64,000 nucleotides of DNA from positions 25,298,001-25,362,000 of the forward strand of contig NC_087251.1 in the NCBI RefSeq assembly GCF_037042905.1, written 5' to 3'. Position 1 is the first letter of the stretch; each line of letters opens with the position of its first letter. Below the pieces are notes generated by a model. It saw nothing but the letters and a program-made list of their open reading frames with translations. It was not told where the DNA came from and searched no databases. The DNA comes from Lytechinus pictus. Lineage: Eukaryota. Below, one piece after another: positions 37,936-49,704 of this stretch. Position numbers and translations under genes: made by a program.

Positions 37936-38740
37936 TTTTTTTTTTAAGGACAACTAAATGACACTTGGAAATCAGGTCGTGGACCCTTTGTAGTTAGAGC
38001 ATGTAAGCCAAATGAAGAGATCCAAATTGAACCTTTTTGGTCATATGAAATACCCAATATATCTTACTATATCCATAAGATTAACAATAAACAACGTAAC
38101 TTAGTACAAGATATGAAATACTGTGTCTCAGAAAGGATACATACATCAAAACAAGACAAGAGAACCGGCTCTGCTTTTATACCAGAACTGGATATTAAAA
38201 ATTCTATAGATTAAATCCAGGGATTAAATTCTGTAAGTATAATGAGAGCCGAATTAACAGCAATGGTAATGGCACTTGATTGGCTAGGAGATAACAGAGG
38301 TATGTCCGTGGTAATTTTTACAGATTCGTTGTCGGCTCTTCAAGCACTCGAAAGCAATCGAATACAAAACAATCTTATTGTTGATATCTTGTATAAAATC
38401 AAAGTTTTACAATCATCAGATATTTATGTCAATTTTGAATGGATCTCATCCCATTGTGGTATTCACGGGAACGAAGTGGCAGACCTTTAAGCAAAAAAGG
38501 AGCATCAAAAGAACAATTTGAATTAAACATTCCATATATCAAAGAGGAATGGAAAAACCACATGTCTTTGATTTATAAAGATATCTGGCAGGCTCAATGG
38601 GAATCCTCATCTAAAGGAAGGCATTTATTTAGCATCCAACCCAACGTGGCAGATACCCGGGGGGCCACTTCCATTGACGAGTGGATATATACCATGCGCG
38701 ACCAAGGGGTCTCGAAAAGCACCCTAAACACGTATTTTCT

Positions 38741-40297
38741 GGTGCCAGGTAAAAATGGCAGAGGTAATAATGGCAAAGGTAATAATGGCAGAGGTAAAAA
38801 TGGCAGAGGTAAAAATGGCAGAGGTAATAATGGCAGAGGTAAAAATGGCAGAGGTAATAATGGCAAAGGCAAAAATGACAGAGGTAAAGATCATGACATG
38901 CTAGATCAGCAAAGAAAAGATAGAGCCTTTCCAGTCATAATCACTAGCGTACCTACGGGGGGCAGAGGGGGCAGACTGCCCCCCTGACGAGTCACAACCC
39001 ATGCAAGGGACATATCCCTGCCCCCCCCTGACGGGTCTTGAAGACCTGTTTTTTTGCTTGTCAAATTTTTCTGGTACGAAATCCTTTATTTGTGGTTGAA
39101 GACCTTTTATTTATTTATTTTATTTTTTTTGTCAAATTTTTTTCTGGTACGAAATCCTTTATTTGTGGTTGAAGACCTTTTTTTTTTTTTTTGCTTGTCA
39201 ATTTTTTGGCGGATGAATTTGCCCCCCTGTGGAAAATCCTAGGTACGCCACTGGTCATAATTATTGACCTTGAATGGACTCCTATCGACAAAATGAGTAA
39301 TATTAACTGATGAGATATTATTTTGATTTTTTTCATCATTTTAGGTCTATACTTTATCGTTAATATGATTAAACTTAAACATTTTCATGCCAAAATGATT
39401 TCAATTAGTGAGTGATGAAAGGATTTATCTTGGCCAGTTCGTATTGTAGAACAGCACTTCATCACATACATGCCAAACGAATTGTAATGTAAACACCAAT
39501 GTGCGCTACCATTAACACACTGAAATATAGACGAGTTCGGGATATCTTTGAACCACTTGCATAACAGAAAAATAACAAAACGTTCTGTATATAATAAAAG
39601 TAATTTTTCATATTTCTACATCATAATGGATCCGAATAGATATTGATACGATACGTATATAGTTTAATGTAAATGATATAATAATAGCAACTATAGTGTT
39701 CATTTTTTCAGAGTAATACCTCATTGCAGCTAGTCCAAGTGGATATCAGTTTCCTTAACTAGTTTCTATGGTGTATGTTAATATACTTCAGGTACAATTA
39801 AAACCATTTTCTTTTTTTTTTTTAATGACATTTCATTGATATTTTTTTATTACACCATATATGGGCAAATGACGTCCACACTAACACGTAAAATTTTAAT
39901 AGCTTTTTAAATCTTTGATGGATTCCCTAAAACCCTCACCAATATCATTTTAATAAACTTTATGTCAGTGTGAATTTCCCCTGTAATTAATTAAGTACAA
40001 TATTTGGAATCCAAAGTGTTTTTCAAATTTGAATATTATAGAAAAGCGATTTCACTTGAGAAGGTCGTGTATGTAAGTCCAGGAAAAAAATAAGAAATAC
40101 CAACTCAAGTGTTATCATTTTTACCTCAGCCATTTTTACCTCTGACATTATTACCTCTGCCATTATTACCGCTGCTATTCATTCCTCTGCCATTTTTACC
40201 TTTGCCATTTTTACCTCTGCCATTTTTACCTCTGCCATTTTTACCTTTGCCATTTTTACCTCTGCCATTTTCACCTCTGCCATTTTTACACCGAGCC
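38741..40297. mobile_element. Foldback/MULE-like element with 15-bp tandem-repeat arms
   Basis: GG termini, (GGTAAAAATGGCAGA)n left arm and its reverse complement right arm, TSD TATTTTCT / TATTTTCC. Confidence 0.82.
38942..39253. mobile_element. hAT-like MITE family E
   Basis: CACTAGCGTACCTA / TAGGTACGCCACTG ends, perfect TSD GTCATAAT. Confidence 0.87.
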
Positions 40298-41054
40298 TAT
40301 TTTCCATCATATTCTGAAAATGCACCCCTCAACATTAAGTATTGGCGTGTGAAGCCCCACCCTTATTTTTATTGTTATATGTCACGGACGTCGGTCGTCG
40401 GTTTTACCTTTACCAAATTGGGTTTAGTACAGCCCTTTGGTACAGCCCCATCTCCCACATTTCGCGCAAATCGTACTCTAAATACGTATATAATGTTGAC
40501 TCTTGGGGCAAAAAGTACATCCTTTATAAAACTTTTAGGCTTGATTTTTAACACCCTCGCAAATTTGACCCGAAACACGTAGCTTTTCTAGCGAAAATAG
40601 ATACCTTTTTTCATTATTTTAGTGTTTTTGACACCCTTATTATGTTACGTACGTAACGTGCCCGGCTATCTTAAAAAAGACATCCTTTTTACGTGTTTTT
40701 TTGGTCGCGCATGGTATCCACTCGTCAATGTAAGTGGCCCCTCCGGGGGCAGATGCAATTAGTTATCAAGGTCTCATTCGGTTTGAAGAGACTATGATAC
40801 ACCGGTTAAGACTTAGAAAATGTAAATTTAATTATTATCTGTGTAAATGTAATCAACATGAAAATGGTCTATGTTCCCATTGTTAGGTTCCTGAGACAAG
40901 AACTTTTCTACTACAATGTAAGAAATATGAAAGAGAAAGGAAGAATTATGCAAAGAAGCCTGATATCAAACAAGCCAATATCAGATCTAGCAACATTATT
41001 GGGAAGAAATGCAGATTATAAAGTCATCCTGAATTATGTGGAAAAAACAAAAAG

Positions 41055-41902
41055 ATTCGAATAAGAATATTCCACTGATCTCTCTCCATCTCTCTTCCTT
41101 TTGTTCTGATGATTAGTGATGTAATAATTCGTAGACTACTAAAATTGAGCTTCAACCTAGCTTCTTATATAAGTTTGCATTCTATGAAGAACAAAAAACG
41201 CACAATTTAATGGTGGAGGTAACTGATCATAATATTGCACCTCGCTATATGACAGGTCAGACTAGTCTAACGTAGGGTCCTGGGAACGATTTTTTTCAGT
41301 GGGGGTGCTGAAATCTCTCTCCTCAAAGGTGGGGGGGGGGGGACACAATTGAGTTTTCCATTGTTCTTTTATGCACACACTCACACATATATATATGTGT
41401 ACATATATATATATATTTGGAAATTTCATGTATTTTGTCCTGAAAATTTAACATTTTGAGCAATGTTTGTGGTCCTGAACAAGATGCGTATGTAACAAAT
41501 AATAACTGCGAGCGCGATCAGATATTTTTATTAAATACGCTCTGGCGTGATCGAAAGGGGCCTGTCATAAGGACTGTTTGCAGTTACCAATGAAGACGAA
41601 ACATCAAGTAATGCGAGCGCGAGCTTGAAAAATTTGACATTCCGACCTAGATACTTGACATTCTAAGCACTTTTTGTAATCATGAACAGCATTTCATTTC
41701 CGCTCGCGCTTCGCGCTCGAATCAATTGTATATATACCTATCCTTTTCATGATTAGAAAAGCGCTTAGATAGTCTCGTTTTTAGGTCCGAAATCTCAATT
41801 TTGTTTCCGCTCGTGCTTCGCGCTCGCATCAATTGTATACACTAGCGTACCTACGGGGGGGGCAGGGGGGGCACTCTGCCCCCCCTGACGAGATTTTGAA
41901 GA

Positions 41903-41949
<47 letters not shown>

Positions 41950-41996
41950 TGTCAAATTTTTTCTGGTACGAAAATCTTTATTTTGTATTGATGACC

Positions 41997-42037
<41 letters not shown>

Positions 42038-43046
42038 TGTCAAATTTTTTCTGGTACGAAAATCTTTATTTTGTATTGATGACCCCTTTTTTTTTTTTTT
42101 TTTTTTTTTTTTGCTTGTCAAATTTTTTCTGGTACGAAAATCTTTATTTTGTATTGATGACCCCTTTTTTTTTTTTTTTTTTTTTTTTTTGCTTGTCAAA
42201 TTCGAATAAGAATATTCCACTGATCTCTCTCCATCTCTCTTCCTTTTGTTCTGATGATTAGTGATGTAATAATTCGTAGACTACTAAAATTGAGCTTCAA
42301 CCTAGCTTCTTATATAAGTTTGCATTCTATGAAGAACAAAAAACGCACAATTTAATGGTGGAGGTAACTGATCATAATATTGCACCTCGCTATATGACAG
42401 GTCAGACTAGTCTAACGTAGGGTCCTGGGAACGATTTTTTTCAGTGGGGGTGCTGAAATCTCTCTCCTCAAAGGTGGGGGGGGGGGACACAATTGAGTTT
42501 TCCATTGTTCTTTTATGCACACACTCACACATATATATATGTGTACATATATATATATATTTGGAAATTTCATGTATTTTGTCCTGAAAATTTAACATTT
42601 TGAGCAATGTTTGTGGTCCTGAACAAGATGCGTATGTAACAAATAATAACTGCGAGCGCGATCAGATATTTTTATTAAATACGCTCTGGCGTGATCGAAA
42701 GGGGCCTGTCATAAGGACTGTTTGCAGTTACCAATGAAGACGAAACATCAAGTAATGCGAGCGCGAGCTTGAAAAATTTGACATTCCGACCTAGATACTT
42801 GACATTCTAAGCACTTTTTGTAATCATGAACAGCATTTCATTTCCGCTCGCGCTTCGCGCTCGAATCAATTGTATATATACCTATCCTTTTCATGATTAG
42901 AAAAGCGCTTAGATAGTCTCGTTTTTAGGTCCGAAATCTCAATTTTGTTTCCGCTCGTGCTTCGCGCTCGCATCAATTGTATACACTAGCGTACCTACGG
43001 GGGGGGCAGGGGGGGCACTCTGCCCCCCCTGACGAGATTTTGAAGA

Positions 43047-43094
<48 letters not shown>

Positions 43095-43141
43095 TGTCAA
43101 ATTTTTTCTGGTACGAAAATCTTTATTTTGTATTGATGACC

Positions 43142-43182
<41 letters not shown>

Positions 43183-43344
43183 TGTCAAATTTTTTCTGGT
43201 ACGAAAATCTTTATTTTGTATTGATGACCCCTTTTTTTTTTTTTTTTTTTTTTTTTTGCTTGTCAAATTTTTTCTGGTACGAAAATCTTTATTTTGTATT
43301 GATGACCCCTTTTTTTTTTTTTTTTTTTTTTTTTTGCTTGTCAA
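41055..43344 (+). repeat. ~1145-bp tandem duplication (41055-42199 and 42200-~43344)
   Basis: Copies look identical by eye except homopolymer lengths; junction GTCAAATT|CGAATAAG with ATT microhomology. Confidence 0.9.
41840..42202. mobile_element. hAT-like MITE family E copy truncated by the duplication junction
   Basis: Same left end and flank as the 42984 copy. Confidence 0.8.
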
Positions 43345-43398
43345 ATTTTTGGGCGGCCAATTTTGCCCCCCCTGTGAAAAATCCTAGGTACGCCACTG
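42984..43398. mobile_element. hAT-like MITE family E with internal poly-T minisatellite
   Basis: Same termini as 38942, perfect TSD ATTGTATA. Confidence 0.87.
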
Positions 43399-44254
43399 AT
43401 TGTATAGTTATATACCTATCCTGTTCATGATTACAAAAGTGCTTAGAATGTCCAGTATTTTGGTCGGAATGTCAATTTTTCAGCTCGCGCTCGCATATTT
43501 TGATGTATCGTCTTCATGGGTAACTGCAAACAGTCCTTATGACAGGCCCCTTTCGATCAGGCCAGAGCGTATTTAATAAAAATATCTGATCGCGCTCGCA
43601 GTTATTATTTGTTACATACGCATCTTGTTCAGGACCACAAACATTGCTCAAAATGTTAAGTTTTCAGGACAAAATACGTGATATATATATATATATATAT
43701 AAATCAAGAAAATTATGGGTAATTGGATATCTTCCTACATTAATAATATGAGCGCGAAGCGCGAGCTTAAAAATTTGACATTCCGACCTTAATACTGGAC
43801 ATTCTAAGCATTTTTTTAATTATGAATTTTTAAAAGTATATAACTATACAATTGATGCGGGCGCGAAGCGCGAGCGGAAACAAAATTGAGATTTCAGACC
43901 TAAAATTAGACATTCTAAGCACTTTTCTAATCATGAACAGGATAGGTATATAACTATACAAGAGATGCGAGCGCGAAGCGTGAGCGGAAATAAAAATGAG
44001 ATTTCAGACCTAAAAACGGGACATCTTAAGCACTTTTCTAATCATGAACAGGATAGGTATATAACTATACAATTTGCGCGAGCGGAAACAAAATTGAGAT
44101 TCAGACCTAAAAACGGGACATTCTATTCATGTTTTGTAAATCAAGAAAATGACGGGTAATTGGATATCTTCCTACATTAATAATGTGAGCGCGATGCGCG
44201 AGCAGAAGATTTTTTATATTCTGATCTGAAAATTTATAATTTGAGCACGTTTAA

Positions 44255-44835
44255 CGGGGTACTCCACACTGAATGTAATATGGTTTTAACAGATAAAGAA
44301 AAATCAGACGAACAAAAGAATGAAGATTTGGTCAAAATCAGATAAGGAATATCGAAGTTATTGCATTTTAAAGGTTAGCATTATTCCAGTGATGCAGTTT
44401 TAAGCATGTCTTCATTAATATTCAATGAGCAAACTGATGATGTCATATCCCCACATGTTCTTTTGTATTTTATTATATAAAATTAGTTTTATTCATTATT
44501 TTCCCTTTAAGAACCAAAAGAATTGAATTGACAACTGATTTAGTCCATTAGATATTCTTTGCTGCAACTTTTTTCATTATAAGGGATACATATCATTCAC
44601 ACTGGTATGAAAAAAAATAAAACAATTTTGATTCCATGTAATATCATAAGAAAAAGGATAGTGGGGATGTGACATCATCAAACCACCTATTAATATTCAT
44701 GACGACATGCATATTACCGTTTTCACAAAATATTGCTAAACTTTAAAATTAAATAACTTAACTCTTTGCTATCAGATTAAATTTGTTTATTTTGATAAAA
44801 TGTATAAAGATATTTTCAGCCCGGAATACTCCCCC
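44255..44835. mobile_element. Diverged Kolobok-like MITE related to family B
   Basis: TTAA|CGGGGTACTCC..CAGCCCGGAATACTCCCC; body shares GATGATGTCATATCCCCAC motifs. Confidence 0.65.
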
Positions 44836-44871
44836 CCAAAAAAAAGCTGCGTATGTGAATAAACATGCGTG

Positions 44872-45836
44872 TATGGCGCGCCATTTGTTTCATAAAGGCG
44901 ATAAACTCAGTTTATCGCCGAAAAACCTAGTTTATCAATCGAAAAACCTAGTTTTTCAATTGAAAAACTAAGTTTTTCGCCGATAAACTTAGTTTTTCGC
45001 CGATAAACTAAGTTTATCACTTGAAAAACTAAGATTATCAAGAAAAACTAAGTTTATCGCCGAAAAACTTAGTTTTTCGATTGAAAAACTAGGTTTTTCT
45101 TGATAAACTTAGTTTTTCAATTGAAAAACTAAGTTTATCGTCGAAAAACTAAGTTTTTCACTGATAAACTAAGTTTTTCAATGAAAAACTAGGTTTTTCA
45201 ATGAAAAACTAGGTTTTTCAAGTGAAAAACTTAGTTTTTCTCGATAAACTTAGTTTTTCAAGCGATAAACTCAGTTTTTCATTTGATAAACAGAGTTATT
45301 TGATAAACTAAGTTTTTCAAGTGATAAACTAAGTTTTTCGAATTGAAAAACCTAGTTTATCGAATTGAAAAACCTAGTTTATCGAAATTGAAAAACCTAG
45401 TTTATCACTTGAAAAACCTAGTTTATCGCCGATAAACTAAGTTTTTCAAATCTGATAAACTAGGTTTTTCAATTTCGATAAACTAGGTTTTTCAATTCGA
45501 TAAACTAGGTTTATCGCCTTTATGGGACAATTGGCGTCCCATAAGGACGCCATTTGTCCCATAAAGGCGATAAACTCAGTTTATCGCCGAAAAACCTAGT
45601 TTATCGAAATTGAAAAACTAGGTTTTTCGATTCGATAAACTAGGTTTTTCGATTTGAAAAACTAGGTTTTTCAAGTGATAAACTAGGTTTTTCGATTTTG
45701 ATAAACTAGGTTTTTCGATTCGAAAAACTAGGTTTTTCGATTCGATAAACTAGGTTTTTCGATTCGATAAACTAAGTTTTTCGATTCGATAAACTAAGTT
45801 TTTCGATTCGATAAACTAGGTTTTTCAATTTCGATA
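44872..45836. repeat. Array of ~17-bp palindromes GA(A/T)AAAC-NNN-GTTT(A/T)TC with short variable spacers, within TA-ended TIRs (44872-45543) plus a second partial unit
   Basis: TATGGCGCGCCATTTGTTTCATAAAGGCGATAAAC / GTTTATCGCCTTTATGGGACAATTGGCGTCCCATA. Confidence 0.85.
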
Positions 45837-47206
45837 ATCAGGGTTATTCACTGTAAGCCAGTAGTGGGCGCCATTCGACCCTGGACATGGAGAATATTGG
45901 AAGGCTCTAAGTTTGATTTTGAGTTTTTCCCCCCTTTTTACCGGACCGGAGAACAAGATATGATTCTGTATATTTAATAGAAAAGATTATGAGCAAGATT
46001 CAAGAAATTAGCCAGCGACCTTATTTGTTGAGGGATAGGAATCCTAACGTTAACCCAATCTTCGTCGGTGACTCGAGCCGGTGCAATGAACAATACGTGT
46101 GAGTGGGTCATACGGTACCAGCGCCTGAGCAGAGCAGCCCGGGGCGTCGTCGGGCGAAAGTTCGGTCGAAAACGTTGCTACAGCTACTGTCGGTGAGCCG
46201 AAACAGCCAAGCCGGAGTCCGCAGAATTGGTAAAGCCTATGGATAAGATTATAGAAAAACTAGACCTACGGTACTGAATACTATATCACTACCATGAGAA
46301 AGGGTATGGCCATGGATGAATTTCGTTAGTCATTGACTGCAAGGGCAATGCTCGCCAAAAAAAGCTTTGCCTTAACTTAAGTTAAGACAGATCTGACACA
46401 AATAATTCTGGATCTATAAGTATAACTTAGAGTTTCACGATAGAAAAATGAGCTTGCTCATATATGGCGTTGAGAAAAAAAAAATGAGAAAGTGCTACAG
46501 CTAGGTGGTGAGAAATGCGATTCAAGAGTTGGGTTTCTCAGAGCATTGACCTGTCAAAGGAAGAGTCAGAGACAGAGAAAATGTTCAAATACTAATGCCC
46601 ACACGGCCACAGGTTGCCAAGCCCAAGAAGATCTACATGTACACATGGTCATGGAAGTGAGCAGAATGTCGGCCGTGGTCACGACCCAATCATAATGCAT
46701 TTTGGGGCCATGATGGATTGAGATCGTGTTTTGACCTCATAGTCATATCAGCAATAAAGCATGTTTACATTCAACGACCCGTGATTGTGAAGGCCAGACA
46801 GCCCCTCGTCATAGCGTCCATTTTGTTACGGATCTGCCAGCATCGCTCAAAAAGCGCTTCTTGTTCGAGCAACAGGTATATCGTTTGAGGAAAAGTGAGA
46901 ACAAATCTACGAGCATCAGGCTTATTGGTACAAATCTCCAGCTACATAGTACATGTAGAGTACAAAGAGAAGGGATCATCTTCACCATGGCATGCAGTGA
47001 TTAATTGAGATAATTGGTCGATATTATCAGAATAATTCCATAACAAAGGATTACGAGAAAGTTTGACAGTGAAGTCTGCGATTCTCAAATTATTTATTAT
47101 TTCACTCGTGTTCCTGTGATGAGAAAGAAAAGGAATCCACTTATTCATCTACAAAGTTATTTTACAAGAATAATCATCAAAATCATCAATACATTGTGTT
47201 TATCAA

Positions 47207-49704
47207 TAGGAGTGTGCCATAAATGGGTGACTTTTGGTTTTACTGTGCCAACAGTTTTTGTCTCGCCTGCATAGAAAACGAGACTATAGGCGCCGTTTTC
47301 CGATGGCGTCGGCGTCAACATCAAATCTTAACCCAAGGTTAAGTTTTTGAAATGACATAACTTCAAAAAGTATATGGACCTAGTTCATGAAACTTGGACA
47401 TAAGGTTAATCAAGTATTACTGAACATCCTGCCTGAGTATCAGGTCACATGACCAAGGTCAAAGGTCATTTAGGGTCAATGAACTTTGGCAGGTTGGGGA
47501 TATTTGTTGAATTACCATCATAACTTTGAAAATTTATGGATCTACAATGTAGTTCATGAAACTTGGGCATTAGGTTAATCAAGTACCACCAAATATCCTG
47601 TGCGAGTTTCAGGTCACATGAACATGGTCAAAGGTCATTTAAGGCCAATGAACTTTGGCCGTGTTGGGGGGTATTTGTTGAATTACCATCCTAGCTCTGA
47701 AAGTTTATGGATCTAGTTCATAAAACTTGGGATATAAGAGTAATCAAGTATCACTGAACATCCCCTGTGAGTTTCAGGACACAAAACTAAGGTCAAAAGT
47801 CAGTTTAAGGTCAATAAACTTAGGCCATGTTGGGGTAATTGTTGAATTGCCATCATTACTTTGAAAGCTTATGGATAGAGTGAATGAAATGTGGACATGG
47901 GTGTAGTTGACAAGTTTTATTCACCGTCCAAATGTCATTTATAGTCAATGAACGTGGTATAATGTCATTATATGAATGGTGTTTTTGTGAAATATTATTT
48001 TATAGTAGTTTTCAAAGTTAGCACTGCTGCTATATTAAATCGCGTAATGCAGGCTAGACTGCCAGAAGCACTCCACTTGTTTCGTATTCCTTTAACCTTA
48101 TCTCAACATGAAATGACAATATTATTTGTCTCTGGTCAAGGTGGTCCGAGAAAAAAGTGTGCCGGGCCCAAATCTAAAGTGGCCGCCAAAATCCCCCCAA
48201 ATCACAGTTTTGGCCACAACTTCTTTCTTGGTGGTCATTTTATCTGGTTTTGGTGTCTATTCATGTTTTTTGGGGGGGCAGGCAATTTGTTTTTCCTAAA
48301 ATTAGTTCTTTTAAACCATTATTTGTAAAGTTAAGAGGTGATTTAACTTAAATTTGCAAATTTTTAGACCCTTTTTTAAGCAAAATTAGGTTCCATCGTC
48401 TTGTGGTTCTTGGATATTAGATGACACCAGTTGACCAGTAGTAAGCAGCTTCATATAGCTATATTGCTTTTATTCCTCTAAATTGAGTTTAAGACGGATA
48501 TTTGCGAAATACATCTTATCAAATGAAAAAATGTAATTTACGGTATCCATAGGGGTGGCACGGTGTACAATATATGGTACATACTGTACACTGCATACAT
48601 ATCCATGCATTGACCACCATGGCATACAACTAGGACTTTATATATATACCAGTGGCATGCATGTAGTAGTGAGCTTCTGATGTTTAGAATTAGATTGTGA
48701 CTTGTGAATTTGATTGCTTGTTAGCTGATGAACATGATGTAACCCGATGATGAACATGAATTGCATGTAAACATCATGTAGTGTACGTACATACATGTAC
48801 ATCATATTTTCAGCCACATCTTCATTTGGCAGCTTGTTTTTACCTGGTATTCTAATCCTATATTATGGAGTCAGGTAATGTGGTAATGCTGGTCAATGGC
48901 TTTCAGGATTCCATGCAAGTTACCATTGGATGGCAAAGTTACCATAATCAGAAAGCCAGTGTAAGTGCCATAATAGGGGGGGGGTGACTTTAATCCATTG
49001 TTAAAGATATTTTCCTCCCCCCCCCCCTGAATGAGCATAATTGAAAAAAATATGTCTTCAATCTGAGACAAAACATACAGTATCTTCAATTTCTCAATAA
49101 ATCATTTAGTATCACACTATAGTTTATATACAGACCTTGTCATGATGGTCAATGCATGAATATACATGAATGCAGTGTAGTATGTACAATACAATGTATA
49201 CTGTATAGCCCCTATGGATAATACAATTTTTTTTTTCAATAATATATTTTTCGCAAATATCCGTAAAAACCAAAGTAGAAGAATAAGAGCAAATAGCTAT
49301 TTGAAATTATTTGCTATTATGGAACTGGTATCGTCCAATATCCAAGAACCACAAGAAACCTAATTTGGGGCTGAAAAGGGTATTGTATGTGTAAATGTAG
49401 GTAAAATCACCTTTTAACTCCAAAATTAATGGTTTTTAAGTAATCATTTCAGGTTAAACAAATTGCCTGCTCCCCCCCCAAAAAAAAAACCCAACATATT
49501 ATATGTGGGCAAAACTTTGATTGGGGGGGGGGGGGGGGGGTTGGCAGCCATTTTGGATTTTGGCCTGGCACACTTTTTTCTCGGACCCGAGGCAAAAAAT
49601 ATTTGTCATTTCATGTTGAGATACATTACAAGGAATAGATCAAAACTGTTGCCATATTAAAATGTCATAAAAAGTATTTTTGATCCATGTATAGCCCACT
49701 CCTA
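47207..49704. mobile_element. TAGG-ended long-TIR (hAT-like/foldback) element with a HINE inserted in its left arm
   Basis: TAGGAGTGTGCCATA / TATAGCCCACTCCTA ends; inverted arms about 48090-48600 vs 49140-49640. Confidence 0.7.
47258..48081 (+). mobile_element. HINE-like element
   Basis: Same head, cores and CCACTTGT 3' end, in a T-run. Confidence 0.8.

Larger units (their letters stand above)
38656..40747. mobile_element. CCCGG-ended 8-bp-TSD element, inverted relative to 28224 copy, containing nested insertions
   Basis: Same TIRs as 28224; TSD GGCAGATA / GGCAGATG. Confidence 0.87.
37945..41063 (+). mobile_element. Degenerate RNase H-containing LINE (I/Nimb-type) 3' part, split by insertion 38656-40747; left boundary approximate
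   Basis: RAELTAM..VVIFTDSLSALQAL..FEWISSHCGIHGNEVAD..WQAQWESSSKGRHLFSIQPNVAD continues at 40756 into IHRLRL..LCSHC*VPET; stops and frameshifts. Confidence 0.85.
41274..44245. repeat. Composite repeat rich in GAGCGCGAAGCGCGAGC units with a ~260-bp inverted pair (42571-42832 / 43420-43680); ends approximate
   Basis: Repeated GCGCGAAGCGCGAGC..GACATTCTAAGCAC..ATCATGAACAGG units in both orientations; TAGGG..GGAACG..GGGGGTGCTG start resembles a hAT-like end. Confidence 0.6.

Noticed and set aside
38439..38987. 182-aa ORF with GKNGR repeats, and the LPLPF-repeat ORFs at 38594 and 40109
   Set aside because: Chance read-through across LINE, TIR and 15-bp tandem repeats.
41949..43430. Poly-Phe/poly-Lys ORFs
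   Set aside because: Translations of poly-T minisatellite units.
44872..45836. CRISPR-like array of palindromic repeats and spacers
   Set aside because: Spacers are 2-5 nt and recurrent, there are no cas genes, the context is eukaryotic, and the array is bounded by TIRs.
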